A DNA stretch of 64,000 nucleotides, taken from sequence record PX880100.1; one strand, written 5' to 3'. Shown in pieces: positions 18,032 through 27,998 of this stretch (position 1 is its first letter; each line of letters starts with the position of its first letter). Source of the DNA: a phage. Both the position numbers and the translations under genes were made by a program. The notes under the pieces were generated by a model. It did no database searches. It saw nothing but the letters and a program-made list of their open reading frames with translations, and was not told the DNA's origin.

Positions 18032-19906
18032 TTATTTAGCTCGAATATCCTGATGTTTCACCCTGCCCATAACCTCGTGCTGTTTGCCGGGGTTAAATGG
18101 ACGAGCACCCGGATTTCCAAGATACCCACAAACTCGACGAGTTACTTCAAGAGTTTCGGGGTCATGATTACCACAGATAGGGCACTTAAATCCATCTTCG
18201 GATGCTATTGTTTCACCTAAGAATCCACATTTACCACAAGAATCCACTGGAGTATTAATACCGAAGTAATGAACCTTACTAGCCGCATAATTAATAACCC
18301 ATTCCAGTGCATCTGGGAATCGTTTCATATCCGGTAGTTCTACATAGGAAATGCACCCACCAGAAGCAATCGGAGTAAAGTTAGACTCATAATCAAATTT
18401 CACGTTAGGAGCAACTTTACGTTCCACATCAAGGTGGTGAGAGTTAGTGTAGTATCCTTTGGACAGAATATCTTCATGCTCCGGGAAATATTCACGGTCT
18501 AGACGACAAAAACGGTCGCATAGGGATTCTGATGGTGTAGCATACAGACTATAACCTAGTTTAGTTTCTTCCTTCTTCTGATCGACTCTATCCCGCATGT
18601 ACTGCAATACACGCTGAACAAACTTGATGCAGGTCTCGGACATTGTGTCTACATCTTTGCCAAACATGAACTGTAGCATTTCATGGCAGCCAATATACCC
18701 TAGAGATACAGAAGCACGGTTATAGAAATGATCGAATACATATTCCTCAGGCCCCAAGCGTAACCCAAAGGCTCCTGACATATAGAGGATGGGTGCAGCT
18801 TTAGCTTGAATGTATTTTAAGCGATCAACTCTCCACTCCAACGCTTTTAATGCTGTATCCACACGTAGCTCAAGCAAATCAAAGAATAGGTCAATATTTC
18901 CCTCAGCTTCGATAGCAATTCTAGGCAAGTTTACAGAAACAACACCTAAGTTATTACGACCGGCAGTTTCACCATCTTCTGTAGCAGCTAGGAATGAACG
19001 ACAGCCCATAGAAACTTTGTAGTCCCCAGTAACTTCCACAACCTTATCATAGCTGATATAATCTGGATACATACGTTCAGCAGTACATTTCATAGCTAAC
19101 TTCTTGATGTCATAATTAACATCTCCTGGTTTCATGTTAACACCATCACGAAGTACAAATACCAGTTTCGGGAAGATAGCTGTACGTTTATTGATACCTA
19201 AACCATCCATGCGTACTTTCAGTATTGCTTTCTGTACTAGACGTGCTTCCCAAGAAGTTCCTAGACCAAAACCAAAGGTAATAAATGGACTCTGACCGTT
19301 AGAGTTGAACATTGTATTGATTTCATACTCTAGACCCTGACAGGCATCATAGACTTCCTTTTCAGTCATCTCCGTAGCCATTACTGATGCTTTGGCTTCA
19401 TCCTTAGTCCAACGTTTTGCAAACGCATGATTTTTGTCATAGGATTTACGAACATAAGGGGCTAATACTTCATCAAGGCGATCTACAGAAGTACCACCAT
19501 ACTGATGGGAGCTAACCTGAGTGATAATCTGAGCAGTAATAGCCGCCGCAGTAGTAATAGAGTTTGGAGTGCTAATTTCAGCATTACCAACCTTCATACC
19601 ATTCTTCAACATATCTTCCAGAGCTACCAGACAACAGTTAGTCATGCCTAATGCAGCATAATCAGCATCATGGAAATGAATATCCCCAATCATATGAGCA
19701 TTTCGAATCTGAATTGGCATTTCTTCTAGAATCAGATACTTACTCAATTCACCTGCAAGCATATCCCTTTGTGTAGGGAAACGTTCTGAGGGTTTATTAG
19801 CATTATTAAACAGCAGCTCTTCATCTGCTGACCCTTCGATAATCTCTTTGCAGTTTCTAATTAACGCCTGCATTTCTTTATACTTTAGTTCTTCATTGCG
19901 ATTCAT
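18032..19906 (-). CDS. nrdD: anaerobic ribonucleoside-triphosphate reductase (class III RNR)
   Basis: 624 aa; C-terminal zinc ribbon CGKCGF...CPICG and glycyl-radical motif RVCGYLG. Confidence 0.9.
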   Translation of the reverse strand: MNRNEELKYKEMQALIRNCKEIIEGSADEELLFNNANKPSERFPTQRDMLAGELSKYLILEEMPIQIRNAHMIGDIHFHDADYAALGMTNCCLVALEDMLKNGMKVGNAEISTPNSITTAAAITAQIITQVSSHQYGGTSVDRLDEVLAPYVRKSYDKNHAFAKRWTKDEAKASVMATEMTEKEVYDACQGLEYEINTMFNSNGQSPFITFGFGLGTSWEARLVQKAILKVRMDGLGINKRTAIFPKLVFVLRDGVNMKPGDVNYDIKKLAMKCTAERMYPDYISYDKVVEVTGDYKVSMGCRSFLAATEDGETAGRNNLGVVSVNLPRIAIEAEGNIDLFFDLLELRVDTALKALEWRVDRLKYIQAKAAPILYMSGAFGLRLGPEEYVFDHFYNRASVSLGYIGCHEMLQFMFGKDVDTMSETCIKFVQRVLQYMRDRVDQKKEETKLGYSLYATPSESLCDRFCRLDREYFPEHEDILSKGYYTNSHHLDVERKVAPNVKFDYESNFTPIASGGCISYVELPDMKRFPDALEWVINYAASKVHYFGINTPVDSCGKCGFLGETIASEDGFKCPICGNHDPETLEVTRRVCGYLGNPGARPFNPGKQHEVMGRVKHQDIRAK

Positions 19907-19935
19907 TATACTCTCCTTCTCTAACTAAGACTACT

Positions 19936-19964
19936 ATTATAACTCATTCGAGGGCGGATGTCAA
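19936..19964 (-). promoter_or_regulatory. consensus sigma70 promoter for nrdD
   Basis: Reverse strand: TTGACA, 17-bp spacer, TATAAT, ~40 nt upstream of the nrdD ATG; approximate coordinates. Confidence 0.65.
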
Positions 19965-20156
19965 CAATATTTTACTATAAAGTTCTGTAACATGATCTGA
20001 GTCAAAAAATTTTATTTGCCAATCTCTATTAAAAATTGTATAATCACGCACTCGTGCACGCGATATAAAATGATTATCTAGTATCACACATCTCACGTTA
20101 AAAGCAAGCAAATTTTTTATTTAAATGCAATATCATAGGCTTATTTAAAATTGTAG

Positions 20157-20185
20157 TTGCTTTTTACTGTATATATTGGTATAAT
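20157..20185 (+). promoter_or_regulatory. early promoter for phoH operon (divergent from the nrdD promoter)
   Basis: TTGCTT, 17-bp spacer, TATAAT, then ATATTTGTAAGTTGATAAAC; approximate coordinates. Confidence 0.6.
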
Positions 20186-20258
20186 ATATTTGTAAGTTGA
20201 TAAACAAGATCTTTTTGTTGATCCTCTGTTAGCGAAGTACACTATAGGAGTGTTATTT

Positions 20259-21011
20259 ATGGGAAAAGCACGTCAAAAAAGAGAGAACCGCAATGGTTCA
20301 AGAAAGCGTGGCAACAAGTATGAGAATAACGTAATTCAGGCTGATTTTTCTAATGATTACGCTAACCCAGTTGCTAAATCCCTAGTAGGTAAAAACCGCG
20401 AGCAAAAATCATATATCAATATGATCAAGAACAACACAGTGACTGTGGGTATTGGTGAGCCAGGTACAGGTAAAACCTTTATTCCGTCTGTTCTTGCAGC
20501 TCAGGAACTTGTAGACATTCACTCAGATATTGAGCAAGTGATCCTCGTACGTCCTAATGAACCTCTAGGTAAGTCTCTTGGTATGCTTCCTGGTGATCTA
20601 GCGGAAAAGCTAGAGCCTTGGTTGGAGCCAATAGCTGATGGTATGAAATGGGCCATCGGCGATCATGCATATAAAGGATATGTCGAACGTCAGAAAATTA
20701 AATTTTTGGCTATCGAACATGCTCGTGGCAGAACTTTCAACAACTCCTATGTAATTGTCGACGAAGCTCAGAATATTTCCGTTGAGGCAATGATTTGTCT
20801 CCTAACTCGTGTAGGGCAAGACTGCCGTTTAATTATCTGCGGAGATATAGCTCAGAAAGACATTAAAGGTGACTCAGGTCTAGCACTCCTTATGGAAGTC
20901 TATGAGAAATACGAAAATGCCCCCTTCTCAATGATCGAATTGATTGATAACGTTCGTTCTGTTGAGTCTAAAGCATTCTATGATATTTTTAAAGACATGG
21001 GGAAGGTGTAA
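20259..21011 (+). CDS. phoH: PhoH-like P-loop ATPase
   Basis: Walker A GIGEPGTGKTF; ATG at 20259 with AGGAG RBS (track ORF starts at in-frame GTG 20250). Confidence 0.8.
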   Translation: MGKARQKRENRNGSRKRGNKYENNVIQADFSNDYANPVAKSLVGKNREQKSYINMIKNNTVTVGIGEPGTGKTFIPSVLAAQELVDIHSDIEQVILVRPNEPLGKSLGMLPGDLAEKLEPWLEPIADGMKWAIGDHAYKGYVERQKIKFLAIEHARGRTFNNSYVIVDEAQNISVEAMICLLTRVGQDCRLIICGDIAQKDIKGDSGLALLMEVYEKYENAPFSMIELIDNVRSVESKAFYDIFKDMGKV

Positions 21012-21012
21012 T

Positions 21013-21255
21013 ATGGGAAACGTCGTTCATCTGAGCCGTAAAACTAAAATACATCGTACTTCACTGAGTGCTGCTAATATGATTACACGTAAGGAAGGGG
21101 AAGAAAGTCCTAAGACAACCCTAGCGTGGAAAATTGTAACCTCAAATCCAAATAAACCATTCAATTATAACGAGCTAAGCACCTCTATAGATATTCTATT
21201 AAAAGAAGTAGCTAGAGCTAAAGTAATTGAACAAGCTAAAAAGCTAGACTGGTAA
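21013..21255 (+). CDS. hypothetical protein (80 aa)
   Basis: ATG at 21013 directly after the phoH stop, GGAAGGTG RBS; track lists a longer overlapping frame from 20944. Confidence 0.5.
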   Translation: MGNVVHLSRKTKIHRTSLSAANMITRKEGEESPKTTLAWKIVTSNPNKPFNYNELSTSIDILLKEVARAKVIEQAKKLDW

Positions 21256-21376
21256 TATACAGGGCCTGGGTATGAAAATACTCGGGCCTTTTCTATCAGA
21301 AAATTTTATTTGCCTAATGACCGATAATAAAGTAGAATATTCCTTAAATCCTGATAACTATAAAAAGGAAAGCCAA

Positions 21377-23707
21377 ATGAGCCATCGCATTGAAAAAGTA
21401 ATTAAACGTGACGGTACTGTAGAAGACTTTGCTCCTGAAAAACTCAATGGTTGGGCAGAGTATGGTTGCAAAACAGTTGATGTAAGTTGGTCAGCCATTA
21501 CTATGGCTGCTCAAAAAACTCTACCTAAAGGGGTTGTAGATTCCGATACTCTGATGGACGCATTAATTAAGGCTGCCGAAAGTCTTATCAAAGATAACCC
21601 AGCATATGATGTGCCCGCAAAGGAATTACGTCTTGCGCAAATGCGTAAACGTCTTTATGACTCTTTCGAACCGCCTTCTCTGCGCTTCTTCCACGACCAT
21701 ATGGTTAGCGTAGGTGCATGGGAAGACATGAGTGCATGGATTACCGATGAGCAATTTGAAGCTCTGAATCAGGTTATCGACCATGATCGTGACCGTCTTT
21801 TTACTAGTGGTGGACTGAAGCAGTTCTTTGATAAGTATTCCCGGCGTAACATAGCCACTGGTGAAATTTATGAAACTCCGCAGTTTGCCTACATGGGTAT
21901 GGCAATGGCGATGCTATCTCAACCTAACTGGACAATTCTAGATGCAATCGACCTCTACAACGCAATGTCACTCCACAAAATCAACGTTCCTACGCCGCCA
22001 CTGGTTGGTCTGCGCTCTAGTGACCGTGGATTTGCTAGTTGCTGCCTCGTGGATTCCACTGACACGTTGGATTCAATCGACACCGCCGAGCACATCGTCT
22101 TCAAAATGGTCGCAGCCAGAGCGGGAATCGGGTATCATCTTGAAAGCCGATCAATTGCTGATCCGGTGCGAAATGGGGCATTCCCGCATTCCGGAAAACT
22201 GCCATATTATCGACACATTGACCGCTCAGTAAAGGCTAATACTCAGCAAACTCGTGGTGGTTCTGCTACAGTGTCTTATCCATACTTCGATCCTGAAATC
22301 ATTCAATTGATGCAGGTTAAGCAACAACGTGCTACAGATGAGAATAAAATCGATAAGATGGATTATTCTCTGAGCTTCAACAATCTTTTGTTAAAACGTT
22401 ATCTGAAAAATGAAGATATTACGCTAATGTCATACTTCTATGCTCCAGAAGTTCATGAAGCGTTTTATAGTGATGACGAGGCTAAATTTGAAGAAATCTA
22501 CGTGGCAGCGGAGAAACGTGTGGCATCTCTTACAAAGATCGACCACGAAGGAAAAACAGTTCCAGCAGCTCCTAAAGTCTGTGCAAAAGAAATCCTAGAT
22601 ACTTGGCTACGTATCCGAATGGAAACAGGACGTATGTATGCTCATCACATCGGGGAATCTAATCGTCACGGTAACTTCCTTGATCCGATCCGTATGACAA
22701 ACCTTTGTGTTGAAATTACTCAGCCTACACGCCCGTTCCATCATATCACAGAGCTGTATAAGACAAAAGAGCAGCTTGATCAAATGAAGCCGGAGGATAT
22801 TGGTGAAGTATCTCTGTGTAACTTAGGTGGTGTTGTACTTGGACGCATGGAATCTCTGGCTGAGTGGGAAAAAACTTGCTACATCCTTCTGAAATTCGTT
22901 GATACAATTATTGAAATTCAGGATTATCCATTCCCAACTATGGAATATACGGCTAAGAAACGTCGTAATGTTGGTATTGGCCTGATGAACGCAGCAGGTG
23001 CAATGGCAGCAGAAGGTCTGGCTTATGAAGGTATTGAAGCCCGTAACTGGATTCACCGTGAGGCTGAAAAACTGTCTTACTTTCTGCATAAAGCCTCTGT
23101 ACGCCTAGCTAAAGAACAGGGTGCATGTGAGTGGTTTGATCGTACTAAACCATCTAAAGGAATTCTGGTAATCGACACTTACAAGAAAACTGTTGATGAA
23201 CTGGTATCCGTAGGTCTAGAAATGGATTGGGAGTCTCTGCGTGCAGATATTCTGAAATATGGTATGCGTAACTCTGTTCTGACTGCTCAGATGCCGGGAG
23301 AAAGTTCTTCTGTTCTGTTAGGTGTTACTAACTCTATTGAACCGCCTCGTAAGATTGTATCTATCAAAGGTAGTGCAGTGAATAAAGTAATTGCAATTGC
23401 TCCGGGTGCAACCGATTGGGAAACGTTAATGAGCTATAAACTGGCTTATGATGTAGATCGTATTGAGTGGATCAAATGGGTAGCAACTATGCAGAAATTC
23501 TTCAGTCAGTCTATCAGTACGAATATGTACTATGACTACACCAAGTTTGAGAATGAAATCATTCCTGGCCCAGTAGTAGTTCGTGATTTCATGACTGCTG
23601 TTAAGTATGGTTGGAAGACTTTCTATTACGCAAACTTCAACACCGCTAATGGTGGTGGTGCAGGAGAAGAATCCGCAGGCTGCGCTTCTGGTGGTTGTAC
23701 CATCTAA
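21377..23707 (+). CDS. nrdA: ribonucleoside-diphosphate reductase large subunit (class Ia)
   Basis: ATG at 21377 (MSHRIEKVIKRDG, ATP-cone-like start) with AAGGAAAG RBS; long RNR-alpha-like ORF; track lists an extended N-terminus from 21272. Confidence 0.85.
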   Translation: MSHRIEKVIKRDGTVEDFAPEKLNGWAEYGCKTVDVSWSAITMAAQKTLPKGVVDSDTLMDALIKAAESLIKDNPAYDVPAKELRLAQMRKRLYDSFEPPSLRFFHDHMVSVGAWEDMSAWITDEQFEALNQVIDHDRDRLFTSGGLKQFFDKYSRRNIATGEIYETPQFAYMGMAMAMLSQPNWTILDAIDLYNAMSLHKINVPTPPLVGLRSSDRGFASCCLVDSTDTLDSIDTAEHIVFKMVAARAGIGYHLESRSIADPVRNGAFPHSGKLPYYRHIDRSVKANTQQTRGGSATVSYPYFDPEIIQLMQVKQQRATDENKIDKMDYSLSFNNLLLKRYLKNEDITLMSYFYAPEVHEAFYSDDEAKFEEIYVAAEKRVASLTKIDHEGKTVPAAPKVCAKEILDTWLRIRMETGRMYAHHIGESNRHGNFLDPIRMTNLCVEITQPTRPFHHITELYKTKEQLDQMKPEDIGEVSLCNLGGVVLGRMESLAEWEKTCYILLKFVDTIIEIQDYPFPTMEYTAKKRRNVGIGLMNAAGAMAAEGLAYEGIEARNWIHREAEKLSYFLHKASVRLAKEQGACEWFDRTKPSKGILVIDTYKKTVDELVSVGLEMDWESLRADILKYGMRNSVLTAQMPGESSSVLLGVTNSIEPPRKIVSIKGSAVNKVIAIAPGATDWETLMSYKLAYDVDRIEWIKWVATMQKFFSQSISTNMYYDYTKFENEIIPGPVVVRDFMTAVKYGWKTFYYANFNTANGGGAGEESAGCASGGCTI

Positions 23708-23716
23708 TATTAACAA

Positions 23717-23738
23717 GGGGACGTATGTCCCCTTTATT
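23717..23738 (+). terminator. rho-independent terminator after nrdA
   Basis: GGGGAC-GTAT-GTCCCC hairpin followed by TTTATT; approximate coordinates. Confidence 0.6.
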
Positions 23739-23766
23739 AGGCCTTTTATGGCTGTAATTTTAAATT

Positions 23767-24249
23767 ATGGAAGAAAAATACAAAGAAATAGCGGGGTTAT
23801 TTGATTATAATCCAGAAACAGGGATATTTACCCATAAAGCTAGAGAAGATAAATCCTTCAATACTAGATTTGCTGGCAAAGAGGCTGGTTCTCTAGAAAA
23901 ATGCTCTGGATATATTGTAATGCAAGTAAAAGGCACTAAGTATTACGCGCATATCCTAGCATTCCTTATCGTTAATGGGTATATTCCAAAAGAAGTAGAT
24001 CACGATAATAGAATACGGCATGATAACCGAGCTATTAATTTAAAGGCCTCTGACAGACACAGTAATGGTAAAAATGTCGGGGCGCACAAAGATAATAAAT
24101 TAGGTATTAAAAATATTCACCAAAAAGCTAGTGGATCTTACCAGGTACAGATAGCCCGTAAAGGTGTAAAATATACTAAAACATTCAAAGAACTTGAGGA
24201 TGCTATAGAGTGGCGCGATATGAAACTATTGGAGCTTGATAGTTTATAA
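23767..24249 (+). CDS. HNH homing endonuclease-like protein with AP2-like DNA-binding domain
   Basis: 160 aa; HNH-type region EVDHDNRIRHDNRAINL and AP2-like segment GIKNIHQKASGSYQVQIARKGVKYTKTF; free-standing between nrdA and nrdB. Confidence 0.65.
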   Translation: MEEKYKEIAGLFDYNPETGIFTHKAREDKSFNTRFAGKEAGSLEKCSGYIVMQVKGTKYYAHILAFLIVNGYIPKEVDHDNRIRHDNRAINLKASDRHSNGKNVGAHKDNKLGIKNIHQKASGSYQVQIARKGVKYTKTFKELEDAIEWRDMKLLELDSL

Positions 24250-24255
24250 TTTTAC

Positions 24256-24284
24256 TTGCTAATCGCTACCTGATTTGCTATAAT
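24256..24284 (+). promoter_or_regulatory. early promoter upstream of nrdB
   Basis: TTGCTA, 17-bp spacer, TATAAT; approximate coordinates. Confidence 0.55.
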
Positions 24285-24315
24285 ATTCCTGAAATAGTGA
24301 GAAAGAGGAAAATCA

Positions 24316-25461
24316 ATGACTACTTTACTAAACCTGAATTGGGATCATACTAACGCTGATCTTTTCCTGGGCGATTCTCTAGGTATCGCAGATTATGTAC
24401 GTGTAGCACATCCAGAACTAGAACGTCTGGCACTTCTGCAACGCTCTCAATTTTGGACTGAAACTGAAATCAGTCTGGAAGCAGATAAGAAACAATGGCC
24501 CAATCTCCCACGTGAAATCCAGGAAATCACACTCCTGAACTTAGCATGGCAGACTCAAACAGATTCCTTTATCAGTCGTGCTCCTGAAGCAGCTATTATG
24601 CCGCTTGTAAGCCGTCCAGAATTGGAAGGTATGCTCAAGCAGTGGAGCTATTTTGAAGACCTGCATAGTCGTGCTTATAGTAATATTATTCGTAATGTGC
24701 TGACTGATCCAGCAGAATTTATTGATTCTGTAACCAAAAACCAAGAAGCATTCGCACGTATCGCTGATTCTGTTGAGCTGTTCGATGAACTGTACCAGTT
24801 AGGTCAGTATTTCATCGCGGTACGTGATCATCGTGGTGACAATACATATCCAGAAACTGAGTTCCCTGAAGTTAAGCGTGAAACTCAGGCTAAACTGTTA
24901 GATGCTTATTTTGCAATCTACGGTCTGGAAGCAATGCAGTTCTACGCATCCTTTGCATGTACTTTTGCTCTAGCAGAGAACGATATTCTGCAAGGTATTG
25001 CTAAAAATCTGCAATTAATCGCTAAAGATGAGGCTCTGCACACCCAGATGTCTAAAACAATCATCCAGATTATGTTCCAGCAGTTTGACAAAGATCTGGT
25101 AGATGAAGCAGTGGCTAAAGCACCAGCACAGCTCCTGAAAACTCTAAAAACTGAGATTGAATGGGGTCATTTCATTTTCAAAGGTCGTAGTCTGATTGGT
25201 TTGAATGCAGAACTTCTAGAAGAATACTTGTACTTTGTGGGGCGTAATGCATTTATGCACATTGGTGTAGAATGGCCTAGTCACTTACCAGTAATCACTA
25301 AAAACCCTATTCCGTGGATCATGAACTGGTTGGATACTACTTCTCTACAGCCTGCTCCACAAGAAATCCAGATTGGTGCAGCCTACCGTGTAGGTCAGGT
25401 AACTGAGACCTCTACTGATACTCTGGAAGATCTGGGCAATGAATTTGGAGATTTCCTATGA
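24316..25461 (+). CDS. nrdB: ribonucleoside-diphosphate reductase small subunit
   Basis: 381 aa; position after nrdA, iron-ligand-like EALH segment; 4-nt overlap with the DHFR gene. Confidence 0.8.
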   Translation: MTTLLNLNWDHTNADLFLGDSLGIADYVRVAHPELERLALLQRSQFWTETEISLEADKKQWPNLPREIQEITLLNLAWQTQTDSFISRAPEAAIMPLVSRPELEGMLKQWSYFEDLHSRAYSNIIRNVLTDPAEFIDSVTKNQEAFARIADSVELFDELYQLGQYFIAVRDHRGDNTYPETEFPEVKRETQAKLLDAYFAIYGLEAMQFYASFACTFALAENDILQGIAKNLQLIAKDEALHTQMSKTIIQIMFQQFDKDLVDEAVAKAPAQLLKTLKTEIEWGHFIFKGRSLIGLNAELLEEYLYFVGRNAFMHIGVEWPSHLPVITKNPIPWIMNWLDTTSLQPAPQEIQIGAAYRVGQVTETSTDTLEDLGNEFGDFL

Positions 25462-25991
25462 TTACAGCAATGTATGCAGTTGGGCCGAATGGGGAGTTCG
25501 GCCTCCGAGGTAAGCTTCCCTGGGGTTCTTTTAAAGAAGAACTAGATGCTTTTTATTCACAATTAGATGTACTAAATCCTGATAATATTATTATTGGGGC
25601 AGGTACTTATTTAGCTCTTCCATATGCCGTTAGGGAACGTATGATTGGAGCTTCTGACCTATTTATTCGTGCTGATCGTCCACTGCCAGATGATATTACA
25701 CATGATATTTACACTCCCATATCAATGATAGGTGATACATTACCTACTTTTCTAAAAGATCAGCAAACAGTAGTTCTAGGTGGAGCTAATCTTCTTCTAG
25801 AAATGTATCAACATGGGCATATTGAAAGTGCTTTTGTATCTACAATCTTTAGTGAACAGAAGCTAGAGGCAGATACACACCTAGATAGTATGATACTGGA
25901 TTATAACTATGAATCCACTCGATTAGTCTATGCAGTTGGCGCAAACAGTGATAACAGCCTGCGATTTGTACAGGAATTGGTTACTTATTAA
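25458..25991 (+). CDS. frd: dihydrofolate reductase
   Basis: 177 aa; N-terminal MITAMYAVGPNGEFGLRGKLPW typical of DHFR; start overlaps nrdB stop and end overlaps thyA start. Confidence 0.8.
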   Translation: MITAMYAVGPNGEFGLRGKLPWGSFKEELDAFYSQLDVLNPDNIIIGAGTYLALPYAVRERMIGASDLFIRADRPLPDDITHDIYTPISMIGDTLPTFLKDQQTVVLGGANLLLEMYQHGHIESAFVSTIFSEQKLEADTHLDSMILDYNYESTRLVYAVGANSDNSLRFVQELVTY

Positions 25992-26830
25992 TGCAACAAT
26001 ACTTAAAAATTTTGACAGATGTAATTTTACTAGGTGAACCCCGTAATGACCGTACAGGAACAGGCACAGTTTCAATTTTTGATTCCTATGCTAAGTTTGA
26101 CCTACGTGAAGGGTTCCCGGCTGTAACTACTAAACGCCTGGCCTGGAAATCAGTAGTAGGAGAACTCTTATGGTTCCTATCTGGGTCTACAAATCTCCAT
26201 GATCTGCGTGTATTCACATTTGGTCGTGACGAAGGACAGTGGACTATCTGGACCCCAAATTATGAAGACCAAGCTATAAGTATGGGGTATGATAAGGGTA
26301 ACCTAGGACCAGTATATGGTAAACAGTGGCGTAACTTTGGTGGGCGAGATCAGATTCTAGAACTTATTGAAGGACTCAAGAATAATCCTCATGGCCGCAG
26401 ACATCTAGTTTCTGCATGGAACGTAGCTGAACTAGACAAAATGGCGTTACCACCATGTCACTACGGCTTCCAGTGTTATGTAAGTAACGATGGATACCTA
26501 GATCTTAAATGGACACAACGTTCTGTAGATTGTTTCCTCGGTTTACCTTTCAATATTGCTAGTTATGCTTTATTAACGCATATATTAGCAAAACTGACAG
26601 GATTAAAACCTCGTTATCTTATCTTTAGTGGCGGTGATACTCATATCTATAATGACCACATGGAACAGGTAGAAGAACAGGTAAAACGTAAACCTCGTGC
26701 TTTACCTACTCTAGTAATGCCAGAGTTTGTAGATCTTTACGATTTATTAGAAAATAATACGGCAGCTTGGTCATTCCATTTAGAGGGGTATGATCCTCAC
26801 CCAGCTCTTAAAGCTAAGATGTCTTCTTAA
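25991..26830 (+). CDS. thyA: thymidylate synthase
   Basis: 279 aa; catalytic-cysteine motif ALPPCHYGFQCYV. Confidence 0.9.
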   Translation: MQQYLKILTDVILLGEPRNDRTGTGTVSIFDSYAKFDLREGFPAVTTKRLAWKSVVGELLWFLSGSTNLHDLRVFTFGRDEGQWTIWTPNYEDQAISMGYDKGNLGPVYGKQWRNFGGRDQILELIEGLKNNPHGRRHLVSAWNVAELDKMALPPCHYGFQCYVSNDGYLDLKWTQRSVDCFLGLPFNIASYALLTHILAKLTGLKPRYLIFSGGDTHIYNDHMEQVEEQVKRKPRALPTLVMPEFVDLYDLLENNTAAWSFHLEGYDPHPALKAKMSS

Positions 26831-26835
26831 CTCAA

Positions 26836-26860
26836 ATAGCCCTTCGGGGCTATTATATTT
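26836..26860 (+). terminator. rho-independent terminator after thyA
   Basis: ATAGCCC-TTCG-GGGCTAT hairpin followed by a T-rich tract; approximate. Confidence 0.55.
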
Positions 26861-26869
26861 AAATTTCAT

Positions 26870-26898
26870 TTGCTTACTGAGTGAAATTTAGATATAAT
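26870..26898 (+). promoter_or_regulatory. early promoter
   Basis: TTGCTT, 17-bp spacer, TATAAT; approximate. Confidence 0.55.
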
Positions 26899-26922
26899 AT
26901 ATTTTATAAATCGGAGACAACT

Positions 26923-27177
26923 ATGGGACTCTTTAAAAAGAAAGTTTATTTAACACAAAGTCAAGAACGTAGGTTCTTAGCTCTGTCTCAATATTATCAC
27001 TTACCTTTCGATCATTTTGTAGAACGGGCGTTAGAACAATTCCTAGAAAAGGAATTAAAGGCAATTAGACCTGAACCGCCAAGAGTACCAAATGATGCAC
27101 AGAGAGGTCATCCATGTATTCCTCCTATGCCGCCAATTCCTCCAGCGACTAGGGTAATTATAGAAGGCGAAAACTAA
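26923..27177 (+). CDS. hypothetical protein (84 aa)
   Basis: ATG at 26923 with GGAGA RBS downstream of the promoter; track ORF extends upstream to 26881. Confidence 0.5.
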   Translation: MGLFKKKVYLTQSQERRFLALSQYYHLPFDHFVERALEQFLEKELKAIRPEPPRVPNDAQRGHPCIPPMPPIPPATRVIIEGEN

Positions 27178-27446
27178 TGTCTATTCTTTTATCTGCTTTA
27201 GAAGCAAAACAAAATACTATTGCTGTTATTAAACAGGAAGTACTTAATCTAGAGTCACTTATTGCCGTAGAGATTGATAAAGCAATCAAAGAAAAAGAAT
27301 TTAACTGCCATATTCAGGGATTAACTGAATATTCAGAAAACGCCAGAAACAGCGTTATGCAACGACTCACTAAACTAGGCTATGTCGTAGAAGCTAAGTA
27401 TGAGCAGCGTGAAGGTTTTTGGCTTGAAATTGACTGGAGCAAATAA
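27177..27446 (+). CDS. hypothetical protein (89 aa)
   Basis: Track ORF, start overlapping the upstream stop. Confidence 0.5.
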   Translation: MSILLSALEAKQNTIAVIKQEVLNLESLIAVEIDKAIKEKEFNCHIQGLTEYSENARNSVMQRLTKLGYVVEAKYEQREGFWLEIDWSK

Positions 27447-27922
27447 TGTCGGTTTTCCACATTTACACAGATGGTGCTTGTAAGTCTAACCCAGGTCCAG
27501 GTGCTTGGGGTTTTATTGTCTATGATGATAACGACGATCGTTTAGGTTCTAAATCTGGTTATAATCCTAAAACTACAAATAATGAGATGGAACTCACAGC
27601 TATTGTAGAAGCTCTACGTTGGTCTGTTAAAAAAGATAATAGACCAATTGCTATCTATACTGACTCTGCTTATTGCAAAAATGGCATGGAAAGTTGGATG
27701 TTTTCTTGGCAAAAGAAAGGCTGGAAGAAAGCAGATGGTGAAGTTCCTCTTAATCTAGAACTTTGGCAGGAAGCATTTAAATTAACACAGCAGTATATCA
27801 ACTTTCATAATACTAATCCTACCTTTATTAAGGTTAAAGGGCATTCTGGTATTAGTGGTAATGAAGCTGTAGATGCATTGTGTAATACAGTTATTACCGA
27901 GCAAGAACTTGCCGATATGTAA
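27446..27922 (+). CDS. rnhA: ribonuclease H (RNase HI-like)
   Basis: 158 aa; MSVFHIYTDGACKSNPGPGAWG N-terminal motif typical of RNase HI. Confidence 0.85.
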   Translation: MSVFHIYTDGACKSNPGPGAWGFIVYDDNDDRLGSKSGYNPKTTNNEMELTAIVEALRWSVKKDNRPIAIYTDSAYCKNGMESWMFSWQKKGWKKADGEVPLNLELWQEAFKLTQQYINFHNTNPTFIKVKGHSGISGNEAVDALCNTVITEQELADM

Positions 27923-27942
27923 TAAATAAATTAAAAATTTTC

Positions 27943-27971
27943 TTGCTTAAAGCCCTCTAATTTAGTATAAT
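27943..27971 (+). promoter_or_regulatory. early promoter
   Basis: TTGCTT, 17-bp spacer, TATAAT; approximate. Confidence 0.55.
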
Positions 27972-27998
27972 ATTCGTATTGAAAGTGAGGAGGGCTTT

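Noticed and set aside
21377-25461. Group I intron or intein interrupting nrdA or nrdB
   Set aside because: Both RNR genes read as continuous ORFs of normal length and the HNH gene sits in the intergenic gap with its own start and stop; no split exons seen.
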